A stretch of DNA of 63,950 nt, filler included, from Octopus bimaculoides (Eukaryota), in the NCBI RefSeq assembly GCF_001194135.2. It is 9 parts of 9 records of this genome, joined end to end, with 100 filler letters (N's around TTAATTAATTAA, not from the genome) between each part and the next. Parts side by side here need not be neighbours in the genome. Positions count along the whole stretch, not along the records: positions 2,705 to 19,283 come from NC_068999.1; positions 19,384 to 27,844 come from NC_068987.1; 7 more parts are not named here. One strand, 5' to 3'. The notes beneath the pieces are model-generated. The model searched no databases. It was given only the letters and a program-made list of their open reading frames with translations, and was not told where the DNA came from. A program made the translations under genes and the position numbers. This document shows positions 12,115 to 24,701 of the stretch, piece by piece; within the stretch, counting starts at the first letter, position 1, and every line of letters starts with the position of its first letter.

Positions 12115-15100
12115 AGTAGGTCAAAGGTCAAAGTAGGGAACAAAAACAGGGCAGTGGAGACATACAAGGAAACCGAACAAGATCAAACATGGAGGGTTAT
12201 TAAACCAGAATGAGAGGAAAGTATGAACGGTGGGAGAAATATTTTCTTTGAAAAGAGAAAAGATAGAAGAGAGGGAAAGAAAATGACCAGTCCTTAGAAC
12301 GTCATGCAGAAAAAGAAAGACGTTCATTTGAGGAAAAGAAAGACGGACGATGGTCAGGTTTGAGCAATGAAACAGAAGAAAAAGAAAGAGGGAGAGACAG
12401 AAAGACAGAGAGACAGAAAATGGTGAACGGTAAAAAAAGGGAATTAGAGAAGGATGGCGGAAGAAAACGGTATAGAGTAGAGTTGCATCAACAAGGTTAA
12501 AATATCACTGTTAGTAATCGAACTTCTTTTCAGTGAATGCTTTCCATTGTTCGAGTGAATATTTACTACAGTACATTGTTGATTAAATGTAGATCATTTG
12601 TCACTTTCTCAACTTAATTCCAGAAATAAAAATTCTCTTATGTACTCACTCTCTGTCCCTTACTCCTGTTATTCATACATACAGACGTACACGTGCACGC
12701 ACACTTACATGCACACACGTACTCACACACATACACATCCCCACAAAAAATAAAAAAACAGAATTCCAGAACTACAACAGCACCAACGACAAACACTAGG
12801 GAATCATTCAGAAAGAATGTCAAGAAAATAGCTTCAACCATCAACCAACCCTCAAGAAACTCCTCCCATTCCTCCCAAACTGTACAGTTGTGCGATCAAA
12901 AAATTTTTGAAGAACGGATCACTGCAATATACATCGGCCTTTGCCTGCTGATGAGAGTTCAATAGATACCTAGCAGAAAAAATTGAATGGGATATGTTTC
13001 CACACACAAAACACTGGATTGTTCAGACACTCAATGCAAGTGCATGTTTCCAGTTCCCGACCGTCTCACTACAATCGTATTATTTATGTAAACCCATTTA
13101 ACCAAAGTTTATTTTGTCACTCTTACTGGAGATTGTTCCTTCATGTTTGTCCTAACATTGGGTAGAACAAATTCTGCCTCCGAACTTTTCGACTGCTTTC
13201 AATACACAACTTCCTGAAACATAGCATAGACTCAATAAATACACTCGTTCTTCTCTGCAATAGGATGGTAATTAGCCTATCCTCACTGTACATTCCGCTC
13301 ATAACCATTCGTTTCGCGAGTAATGTCTTCTATTGTATATTAACACACACGACAACAAACATACAAGCACTTAACGAATACATTACAGATGATTTCGTCA
13401 CACATGCAGACATCTAGAACAAGTTTGGCTGCTGACAGTACTCGTATAGCCTTGTCTATTAATTTTCAGTGTAAGTAAATTTAACTTTAATATTGATAAT
13501 ACTGATAAGCTAAGGTCAAACCTAACAATTTACAGCAAGCATTGATTTGAGAGACTTCCAGGAGACGCTGGTCAGATTGTCCTTACAAACATAAAGAACC
13601 ATTCACATACTACTGTTGTTCACAGGCCCTTCTGAACCAGGGTCCTTTTTATAATAAGTACTTTGGGAGTTAATCTAGAAACATAATTAAGTACAAGGGG
13701 CTTTAGTATAAGCAGCATGCATAAGGAAGAGCTTTACAATGCATAAAATAGAGCTTTACTATCTATTGAAGCAACACATGAGTCAATTGAAATGAGAACG
13801 TTATAATTAACAAGTAGTAAAATTTGATATAATCTCAATATTATAGTGCGGTGTAAAGATTGCTAAAATTCACATCCAAAAGGAACCAATGCTTGACATA
13901 CTAAAATAAGTCAGTAGTGTCTATATAGTTCCTTACAAGGTTTGCTATGAAAACGGTGAATCTGAATTTCAGATGTTCTGTTTTTTTTTTTTTGTTTTTT
14001 TTTTCGTATGAAATTCAATCTCGTGATCTTAATTAGTAAATTATTTCAGGTAAATGGTTTGAGTGATTCTTTTTTTATTTATTTCTATAATAGCTGTTAT
14101 CCTGAAAGTGATTACTGAAACAAACCATTTGAACGAATAATGAGAAAAAATATCCACTCTCAATCAACATCAAAATGTAGGTAACGATAATCTGCTACCT
14201 ATATNNNNNNNNNNNNNNNNNNNNNNNNNNNNNNNNNNNNNNNNNNNNNNNNNNNNNNNNNNNNNNNNNNNNNNNNNNNNNNNNNNNNNNNNNNNNNNNN
14301 NNNNNNNNNNNNNNNNNNNNNNNNNNNNNNNNNNNNNNNNNNNNNNNNNNNNNNNNNNNNNNNNNNNNNNNNNNNNNNNNNNNNNNNNNNNNNNNNNNNN
14401 NNNNNNNNNNNNNNNNNNNNNNNNNNNNNNNNNNNNNNNNNNNNNNNNNNNNNNNNNNNNNNNNNNNNNNNNNNNNNNNNNNNNNNNNNNNNNNNNNNNN
14501 NNNNNNNNNNNNNNNNNNNNNNNNNNNNNNNNNNNNNNNNNNNNNNNNNNNNNNNNNNNNNNNNNNNNNNNNNNNNNNNNNNNNNNNNNNNNNNNNNNNN
14601 NNNNNNNNNNNNNNNNNNNNNTATATATATATATATATATAACGATACATATATTTTTCTTTAAATATGAGTTATAATTTAATTTGTACTACTTTGTACA
14701 TATGATGAACACGTATATAAGAACAAAATATAAGGCGCAAAAGGAACGACATTGTGGTGGTCCTAATTGGTTCCAAGAGATATGGAAATAAATCGAATTA
14801 CTAACTCATTAGTTGAATTCTTTCTTTGATCTGAACAGCTTCTATGAGGAAATCAGATTTAGGATTAGTTTACGTAAATGCCATTAGAGATATTGTGAAC
14901 AATAAATCCGATGTATTGTAATTGAACATAATTTAACTTGGATTGTTCCAAATATATGATGGTCAATCTCATTTCATTGCGCTTGATTGTACCTTACACT
15001 GCTTAACTATCGTTCCCTATATATATANNNNNNNNNNNNNNNNNNNNNNNNNNNNNNNNNNNNNNNNNNNNNNNNNNNNNNNNNNNNNNNNNNNNNNNNN

Positions 15101-15702
15101 NNNNNNNNNNNNNNNNNNNNNNNNNNNNNNNNNNNNNNNNNNNNNNNNNNNNNNNNNNNNNNNNNNNNNNNNNNNNNNNNNNNNNNNNNNNNNNNNNNNN
15201 NNNNNNNNNNNNNNNNNNNNNNNNNNNNNNNNNNNNNNNNNNNNNNNNNNNNNNNNNNNNNNNNNNNNNNNNNNNNNNNNNNNNNNNNNNNNNNNNNNNN
15301 NNNNNNNNNNNNNNNNNNNNNNNNNNNNNNNNNNNNNNNNNNNNNNNNNNNNNNNNNNNNNNNNNNNNNNNNNNNNNNNNNNNNNNNNNNNNNNNNNNNN
15401 NNNNNNNNNNNNNNNNNNNNNNNNNNNNNNNNNNNNNNNNNNNNNNNNNNNNNNNNNNNNNNNNNNNNNNNNNNNNNNNNNNNNNNNNNNNNNNNNNNNN
15501 NNNNNNNNNNNNNNNNNNNNNNNNNNNNNNNNNNNNNNNNNNNNNNNNNNNNNNNNNNNNNNNNNNNNNNNNNNNNNNNNNNNNNNNNNNNNNNNNNNNN
15601 NNNNNNNNNNNNNNNNNNNNNNNNNNNNNNNNNNNNNNNNNNNNNNNNNNNNNNNNNNNNNNNNNNNNNNNNNNNNNNNNNNNNNNNNNNNNNNNNNNNN
15701 NN

Positions 15703-15892
15703 ATATATGGGAGAATATACAAATAATAACAACAGACGAGGACAGGTGGTGTAAATAACAAAAGTATATATTAGTATGACGCTCGGGAATACGGAAAGTC
15801 TTTGACGTTTCGAGCTACGCTCTTCAACAGAAAGAATACGGAGACAAGGAGAAAAACACGGAGAAAAAAAATTGAATAGTGTTCAGTCAACG

Positions 15893-15900
<8 letters not shown>
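15703..15900 (-). mobile_element. Penelope-associated pLTR-like repeat carrying a minimal hammerhead motif
   Basis: Starts next to an (AT)n gap; homologous to 54285-54440 and 50420-50520; contains the HHR-like motif at 15799-15835. Confidence 0.65.
15799..15835 (-). ncRNA. Minimal type-I hammerhead-like motif with CUGUUGA core variant
   Basis: UCUUU-CUGUUGA-A-GAGC(GUA)GCUC-GAAAC-GUC-AAAGA: 5-bp stem I, 4-bp stem II, palindromic ACGU stem III as in dimer-acting PLE hammerheads. Confidence 0.6.
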
Positions 15901-15951
<51 letters not shown>

Positions 15952-17179
15952 CATACATATATGTATATACCTACATACATATGCATATATGGATACATGA
16001 CGTCACAGAAAGTAAACAACTTGAAATACGAAATGCGAAAACGTGGATTACGAACTTTTTGGGGCAAACAACGAAAGAAACAAATAGAAAACAAGAGAAG
16101 CAACACAAAGAACGACCCTTCATCTGTTGTCGGTTGATTTTGTACTCCGTATTTCGAGCAATTCACAAGTTACATGTCGTACATGAGATAAACCATATTA
16201 CATGTCGTACATGAGATAAAAATGTATACATAAATACATAGTGTTTCTTCCTTTTGAAGAATAATTTCTATTCAAACGATTATAATTAGGAAATATGTCA
16301 TACCACAGTCTTATATATTTTCTAAGTTATAGAAGTTAAATTTTCCAATCAATGAGAAAAATAAATGTCGTATAATAATTTCTGTAATAGGACACATCAT
16401 AATTAGATGCTCATTAATAATTTCTGAATGGGTGTACGTATGTATGTATGTATGTATGTATGTATGTATGTATGTATGTATGTATGTATGTTCATACGTA
16501 CGTATCACTATATATTACTGGTCAGAAAGAGAGTCCGAAAATAGAATAAAAAAGGGGAAAAAATTTAAATCATAATATATACGTAGATTCCAGATCAATT
16601 CACTGTTATATTTTTTCTCCCAACGGAAGCGTCTCATCAGTCACGCCGATATAATGACGGACGTAACAAGCTCTCTGAAATGTTCTTTCCAGTTGATTTC
16701 TCAGTAACGGGATGAGTAACAATGGGCAATCAGAGGGTTAGCAATATTTCTGTATTTAGTATTTGTGGTGTATCATTGTTGTTGCAGTGTATCCGTGCAT
16801 TGGCAAGGAGCATATAGATGTTTGCACGCAGGCATCTCGTTAGGTAGCAATGATACACACACACACACAGCAATATCAAGTAAATATCAAACTTGGTACG
16901 TAAGTACCGGCCGAATGATATTTTTACAGAGTGTGTAGGCAATTACACCTATAAACACACAACGCTAACCCCACTTCAATCAGTTGTATTGTAGACCAGG
17001 TAATTGGTATTAATGGCAGTAGTTGACCACCGGAGGTACATTTTTATACTCCATACAATCCCTATAGGTTGAGTGCATAACCCCTAGCAATACTAACCAA
17101 GACTTGAGTGTTAGTATAACTAATAATCCTAACCAGAGTAGTGGCGACGTAATATTTCATAATAACTCTGTGGACTTTA

Positions 17180-17243
17180 ATAGTATCCCTGATGATGGTT
17201 CAATGATTATTAATAATACGAAAGTAAAAACTAGCAATAATAA
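17180..17243 (+). ncRNA. Degenerate hammerhead-like motif
   Basis: CUGAUGA at 17189-17195, GAAA at 17220-17223, stem III AGU-AAAA-ACU with cleavage triplet CUA. Stems I and II pair poorly. Confidence 0.4.
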
Positions 17244-17245
17244 AG

Positions 17246-17358
17246 GCTACTGATTTGTTTCGCGCCGAAATCAACAGCAGCTTCCCAGTGTATCATGTCG
17301 TCGTTGCCGAATTTTACGAGAATAAAATATAGATTTCGGCGCGAAACGAATCAGTAGC
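17246..17358. repeat. 27-bp inverted repeat with 59-nt spacer
   Basis: GCTACTGATTTGTTTCGCGCCGAAATC versus GATTTCGGCGCGAAACGAATCAGTAGC (one G-U pair). Confidence 0.9.
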
Positions 17359-17405
17359 AGCAAAGATTTCGTGAGGGACAGGTTAACGATCCCTTCCAAT
17401 GGTGA

Positions 17406-17460
17406 TACGTCCTGATGAAGCTAAGACATATTAATGTCAATGCAGAAACTAGTCCACGTA
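17406..17460 (+). ncRNA. Minimal type-I hammerhead ribozyme motif
   Basis: UACGU(C)-CUGAUGA-A-GC..GACAU/AUGUC..GC-A-GAAAC-UA-GUC-(C)ACGUA: intact core and palindromic ACUAGU stem III. Closing pairs of stems I and II are mismatched. Confidence 0.65.
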
Positions 17461-17774
17461 CATCCACATGTACGTAAGCTGATTGACTTAACTATCTTTG
17501 CCTTCATTTGATTTCTGTAGTAATTACCAGTGTACTTTTTGGCGATTTAATAACGGGTTTTGGCTGTTATTTCAAGCAGGTAGACATACTCGGTATATCA
17601 TTTGATTAATTATAATCCCTCAGCATTTTAAATGCTATTTTTGGCTAGCAGTCGCCTTTATCGTTGATTCTGTTATTATCATTCTTAAATTAGTGAGATC
17701 GGATAATAAGAGAATTAACGGTACCTTTTGTAAATTGATTATATATATATATATGTTTGTGTGTGTTCGTATTG

Positions 17775-17975
17775 TTGTGTATGTTTTTTTGTCCCCTCAC
17801 CATCGCTTGACAAACGATGCTGGTTTGTTTGGGTCCCCGTAGCTTAGCGGTTCGGCAAAAGAGACCGATTGTATAAGTACCAGACTTACAAAGAATAAGT
17901 TCTGGGATCGATTCATTCGACTTAAAGCGGTGCTCCTGCATGGCCACAGTTAAATGACTGAAACAAAAGAATAAA
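17775..17975 (+). mobile_element. SINE family A, 3' half
   Basis: ccatcgcttgacaa...cttagcggttcggcaaaagagaccgat...gcatggccacagttaaatgactgaaacaaaagaataaaaga. Confidence 0.8.
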
Positions 17976-18006
17976 AGAATATTGTTGCATATATGTGTGT
18001 ATATAT

Positions 18007-18052
<46 letters not shown>

Positions 18053-19383
18053 GGAAATAGAGAGAAAGAGAGAAAGAGAGAAAGACAGAGACAGAGACGG
18101 ACCAGACAAGCAGACAGAGTGAGAGAGAGAAACAGAGAAATAGTTCGATAGATAGATAAAGATTAGAAACAGATATATGACAAACACATACACACTCACA
18201 CAAACACACACACATACAAGCATACATACATACATACATACATACATACATACATAAATACATACATACATACATATCTGTATTACAATGAAAAATGCCG
18301 GCGGATGCATGTTAATATTCTTAAGTTGTTACACCGGGAAAAGTACGGAACAAGGTTTCTATAGTACAAGTTGCCTAATTCGCCACCTCTAAAGGAAACT
18401 AAAAGGTACTTAAAATTAAAAACTGATCGTATACATACGTACCTACATTCATCTCACATTTATTCTTATGTGTGTGTGTTTATGTTTGTGCTTTTCCCCC
18501 ATCACCGCTTGATAACCGGTGTTCATTTGTGTACTGCCGCAAAATTTGGCTGTTTACCAAAAGCGACCAATAGAATAGGCACCGGTTGAAATAAATTTAG
18601 GTCTAGGTTCGATTTGTTCGAGTAAAAACCCTTTTAGGTGGCGCTGCAGTCAAACAACAGATTGAAGTGAAAGACAAAAGAAAATATTTTATGTGAAATA
18701 AAATCATAGTCCGTTATTTGGTATAGGAAACTACTACTTAATAGATAGCTATGGGAAAATAAAATACAATTGCGGTTTGGGTTCTCTTATGCTTCATACA
18801 GATATGACGTAAAAACGAATATTTAAGGAGGAGGAAAAGCAAAATTATTTTGACTATGACTTCGCCTAATCATCTTGAGGAATTCATTCCTTTTTGTAAA
18901 GCATACGTTGTTGAAGGTGATTAAAACACGCATTACATAATTATAATTTATTTCCAAGGAAAAGGTTGAATTTGTTAATTGAGTATGATTAATGGAACTG
19001 ATAATTTACTTGAAAGTTATTTAAATTTAAACAGTCAACTGAAAAGATGCCGACTTGGCATGAGTGAATTAAATATTGAAAGCACAGACACATCGTCTAC
19101 ATTATAGAGTTCCGTTACTACAACCGCCCGGACTGCTTTATATCAAATTTGAAATGTGAGAATATCTAAATTGATCATCTTATCAAACTATGTGAGAGTT
19201 TCCGTCACATTTGTTCTATAGTAGCTCACATATTCCAAAACAGCTTTCTCATATCTGATCCTTCAAGCACACATCGATATATANNNNNNNNNNNNNNNNN
19301 NNNNNNNNNNNNNNNNNNNNNNNNNNNTTAATTAATTAANNNNNNNNNNNNNNNNNNNNNNNNNNNNNNNNNNNNNNNNNNNN

Positions 19384-19855
19384 CTGGTGGCCATGGTGAA
19401 AGAATGTGTGGACCCGAGCGAAAGGATTAGAGACGAAAACTTACCTCTCTGGCCAATCACTCATCAGCTTTTTCAAGTATCACTTGAGAAGGAAGGTGAG
19501 AATAGAGAGACAGTTTTTGTCTCGTGAAAGTTTCATTAAAAGGTGGGTGAATGTAGCAAAGATGGTGCGTGCGAGTGACGATACCTCTTGGAGCATGATC
19601 CTATAAATCGAGAAAAAAAATATCCTGCTGAGGTTACCATGGTCTTTTCCGTAGGCTTTTCTCTCCATGGATAAACCTAATGTTACCCCATTTTACAACA
19701 ATTGACATTTTGTGATATACGATACCCCCATTTTTTTTTTTGCCCCTACCGATCCCTTTTGATCGGATTTTTTTTTTTCTTTCTTAAAGAAAAGCTCTAC
19801 AGTTGTATTTGTCCCCTCTGTGTGCAGCCCTGTGTGGCTAATAAAATAAAGTTAT
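19384..19855 (+). mobile_element. 3' end of a Tx1/L1-clade LINE (ORF2 C-terminus and 3' UTR)
   Basis: LVAMVKECV/WTRAKGLETKTYLSGQSLISFFKYHLRRKVRIERQFLSRESFIKRWVNVAK...* (stop at 19606) resembles the Tx1/L1 C-terminus (K.xVWxxR...FK..L...V..ER...F..RW). Followed by a T-rich UTR and AATAAA. Confidence 0.7.
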
Positions 19856-20099
19856 CTATCTAATTTCGCTCGGATGTTAACCTCGCAGCTTACTTTTTGA
19901 AGCTCACCTACGGGTGCAGGCTGTCAGAGAAAGGGTAACCCGGAGATCGTTTGTTTTATCAAACGTATGTAACAAGTATCCACAGAATTTTTATACTGAG
20001 TAGTATTATGAGTTATGAGCTACAGAACAAATGTCAGAACGTATAATGATTAAAACAAGTTTATGTATATGTGTAGATATATTATTTCTCTTATTCTCT

Positions 20100-20455
20100 T
20101 CTGTGTTACTGGGGCTCCACCATGGAAAATTTTTAGTCGGATAGATCGACCTCAGTACATTCTTTGAAGCCTGATACTTATTCCATCCGTCTCTTTTGCC
20201 GAACCGCTGCGTTACGGGGACATACACACACCAACACCGGTTGTCAAGCTATGGTGGGGGTCAAGCACAGACACAAACACACACACACAGACACACACAA
20301 CGGGCTTCTTTCAGTTTTCGTCTATCAAATCCAATCACAAGGCTTTGGTTGGTCCGTGGCTGTAGCAGAAGACACTTGCCGAAGGTTTTACGCAATGGAA
20401 CTGGACTAGAAGCCTACGGTTTGGAAGCAAACTTATTACCACACAGCCACGCCAG
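20100..20455 (-). mobile_element. SINE family A, near full length
   Basis: Both halves present, separated by a (CA)n linker, as in other copies. Confidence 0.8.
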
Positions 20456-20488
20456 CGACTATATATTATATATACATACATACATGCA

Positions 20489-20530
<42 letters not shown>

Positions 20531-23120
20531 GTTTATATATTTGTTTTGCAAGATTTTTGATGTGAAATCGTGTGTTGAAACATATATTGTTGTATTTGGG
20601 GATGGTCATGTTTTCAGTTTAGCCAATATGTATATATATATATATATATATACGTGCATACATACGGATATACATGCATATACACACACACACACATACA
20701 TACATGCATACATACATACATACATAGATACATATGTATGTACCTATCAATATATTTATATTAGAACTTTGGACAATATAAGAGAGAATAGTCTAAGCGA
20801 TGGATGCGTTGTCGAACAACATTTGAATCCTTTTATATTCTGAGTTCAGTTTCTGTGACGATAATCCTTGCTTTAAATTTACAGGCGCATTAAAGTAACT
20901 ACCAGTAATATACTATTTATCGATTATATTGACAGCATTCCTCTCTTTCGAAATTTTCGGCATGAAGACCATAGAAATTAAGGCCATTATTTTCTTATAT
21001 TTGGCCATTAAAATTTGATTGACTGCCAAGTTTTTGTGGCTCTTTAAGACGGAAATTTTCCTTTTTATGTAATTCCAGGTAGTTAGTACTTTCCTTGACA
21101 TTGTTTCACTTTCACACAGCATAATTATGTGCATGTGCATACATACTCAAGTTTCTCTCTTTCATTTAATTAATTTCTTCGCTTTCCTTGTAATTTCAGT
21201 CGTTTCTCAGCCTAAATGCATAATTACAATTTGTACAATTTTCATATTTTACTTTCTCTTTCGTTCCACGCATTTGAAGTTAACTGTTCATATTTCTCCT
21301 CAGTTTCTCTTGTTACTTTCGCCTGAAAGTATTCTCAATAATCAATCTACATTTACTTCAGTAATCCACATTTACTTATGGGTGTCTATTCTCCAAAATT
21401 AAATTTGGCCTCCTCTTCAACTCCCTTACTGCTGGCGTTCACCTAGCTGATGATTACATCTTATTTTCATGGCGATAATTGGATGGGAAATAAATCGTCA
21501 TGTGGACACGTTGCCAGTCTATCATCCCAGGGTACTTTTCACGTATGCAGAATTACTGAACTGTATACTAACGAATTACAGTGTGTCTCTCGGCTGTTGA
21601 GAGAGAAGTGTCTTTGCCATGGATACACCACAGTTTCGGTAATAGAATAAAACTTTGTTAACTCTCAGCTAGATGATTGTCCAGTAATCTCTCAATTCGA
21701 CTATCATCTATATTCGCACACATCATTTAATATTATTTTCTCTTTTTCTTATGTATTTATGACCTTCTGGCTACATACTTCAGTTTAGGAAATATGTTTA
21801 TAAGATACAGAACTAACTGAAGATTAGAGAATAAAATAAAATCAGTTCATGGGGGTCGTTTGGAAAGCTGCTGTGAAATTATATTTTAAGATACTTACTG
21901 AATTCTTCGACGTTGTACAGAAAACTTCAGGAACAACACACAACCATAGTAATAGTGTCATTAGGAATATATCTTTCATTGCTGCTCGTTAGTTAAACTA
22001 AAAATAAATGAAAGAAAACGATAACAACTGCTTTAAGAAGTGTTGATTTAGTTTGCCGAAGCCATCTAAAATTCAAGATGTTTTTGCAAGCCGAGGATTA
22101 TGGTATAAAGTAGATCAGTGGAAAATCCTTTAACGGATAGTCAAATTTTTTCCCCAGATAATATATTAATCAGATATAGTGGATCAGTACTGAACAAGTT
22201 CTTATTTTACCGAATTCTAAAGGATGAAAGACATAGCCACTCTTGGATTGACTTAAAGACAGAATGTAAAAACGTAGCCAACTAAACACCGCAAGGCATC
22301 TTGTATATCATCTAACGACACTTGAATTATGCTATACTTTACATGTACCAATTTGAGAAAAAAAAAAAAAGACTTGTAGCAGGCTCCAAATGAAACCTAA
22401 AGCAGGTGTATATAACTAGTTGCAGAGGCCCGTTTTTCAACAAAAACCGTGACAATTTTATAAATTAATTTTGATATATTCACTATACACAGTTTTGTGA
22501 TCAAATGCCGCCGAGATCGACTTAGCCTTTCATTTTTTTGGTGTCGTCAAAATAAATACCATTTCAGCACAGGGGTCGATATAATCGACCAGTTCTCCCC
22601 AAATTTCAGGCCTTGTGCTTATAGTAGAAAGGATATCTTAACTATACAACTTTGACGCTATTTATAGAGCCAGCAGGATACTTCATATAACATATGTCCA
22701 ACACAGCGTGGTGTATTACCTTTTCTCTGTTGAATCGGTGTTTATAACGTCATACCCTTTACCTAAAAAATACCCCTACAAAAGCTTCTTATCCAAGAAA
22801 AAGATACAAAAAAACACAAGCGTTTATTTCTCATTCTCTGATGAAACACCATTGACAATAATGCAACCTAATTCTTAATCAAAACATTATTAATGTAGCC
22901 ATGCAAAATATTGTGAATATTTCTATCTCAGTTCTAACAAGTATCTACTAGCTTCAATATTCATCTTGTATTTCTACTTCAACAGAAACTCTTCTCACAA
23001 CGCTTCTATTAACTATATGCAACAGCAAATAATAATCCGTTTCCATCTACGCAAACACTCAACCACGCTCATGCTGCCCGGCGTAATGTGTTTATATTGC
23101 ATGTATTACACATACATACA

Positions 23121-23590
23121 TGGTGGTTGTCTACTCCTTAAACAGAATTTGACCACCTCCTGCACCTACACCTTAGCCCTTTCATGGCGTCTGATGTGGC
23201 TTTTTAAACCAGACAGTGTTTTGAAAAAACACCCACACAGATTGCACCTCTGATTTGCACTACCAATACCTGCAAGTAAGTTCTGCTCATTGTGGATCCT
23301 AACATGTCTTTTAAGACCCCCCATTGGATTTGCAAACCCTCTGGCACACACCACATTCAAACGTGTGCACAGACATATAATCAGAATAGCTGGGTGAGGT
23401 TTGTTTTCCATGGGTTCGCAGGTGAGATTTGAGGCCAGCCAAGGACAGACATGGTCTGTCACAGACTGTGCACACAAAAAGGTCCTTGTCATTCACCTTC
23501 TCAGTCTTCACCTTTTTCCTTAAATGTCTCTTGAGCCCTGCTTGCATCATCCTGGCCTCTTCAAATGCTTTCACTCCACTCCACACCCTT
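23121..23590 (-). pseudogene. 5'-truncated RTE-type LINE 3' end encoding three tandem C2H2 zinc fingers
   Basis: WSGVKAFEEARMMQAGLKRHLRK (RTE W..GV..FE..R....KR..RK motif), then CTVCDRPCLSLAGLKSHLRTH, CGVCQRVCKSNGG/LKRHVRIH and CNLCGCFFKTLSGLKSHIRRH. One +1 frameshift in a G run at about 23317; stop at 23166; (TGTA)n tail. Confidence 0.8.
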
Positions 23591-24550
23591 ACATACATAC
23601 ACATAGATATACACATATATAAATGCATATATATGTATGTGTACACATAGATATACAAATATATAAATGCATATATATGTATGTGTACGTATGAGTGTGA
23701 GCATTTACATACGTGTATGTATATGAATGTATGAGTACATACGTATATGTATGTATGAGCATATATTTATGTATACATAAGATATAAAAATTTGCACATA
23801 TACACAAACGAACTTATCAGTGGTAGACGTACACAACATAGAAAATCCATATTTGCAATCAAACAAACACGTATTATTATACGTGCTTATTCTCATTATC
23901 ACATAGAAATAAACAAGATATGAATGTGATACTCATAACATTCAGTCTACTTGTATTTATTTTTATATTTATTCTTTATTTTATTTTTATATTTTTTCTT
24001 ATATTTATTCTTTATCACGAGCTGAAGCTGATGGCAAAACGTTCCACTTATAAAGCCATATATGATTTTTCTGTTATTATTTTTTCTACAGATATAACAT
24101 GTACACATACTCTTATAACAATTTTATTGTTATATATTCAAGCGTTAAGATTATACTATAACATAAGATAACTTGTAAAAAAAAAAAGCCTATAAAAATC
24201 AGAATTGTATATGGATGCATCAATAAGGTTATTAGCCCATTCAGAATGAATGCCTGAGGTATACTGGTAGCAGCATATTTCGATACAGTATATAATTTTC
24301 GAAAGAAAATTTGAAATCTTCCGTTATTTACTTACAAATTTACTTGTGAATTGTAAAGTGATTACAATTGTATTTGACATACATACGTGCCTACATGAAC
24401 ACACATACAGATGTACATACGTACATGTATACGTACGTACACTTATATATATATATATATCCATACGTTCATACGAACCTAAGTACATATATTCGAGCAT
24501 CTATATATGTGTTTGTGTGTGTTCGTTTATTTATACATGCATATACATAT

Positions 24551-24608
<58 letters not shown>

Positions 24609-24654
24609 NNNNNNNNNNNNNNNNNNNNNNNNNNNNNNNNNNNNNNNNNNNNNN

Positions 24655-24701
<47 letters not shown>

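Noticed and set aside
12940-12990. CTGATGA occurrences at about 12947, 16635 (minus), 21447 and 22838
   Set aside because: No supporting stem II/GAAA/NUH geometry; expected by chance.
12780-13200. Higher-complexity segment that looks like decayed coding sequence on the minus strand
   Set aside because: All frames are interrupted and no domain motif could be recognised confidently.
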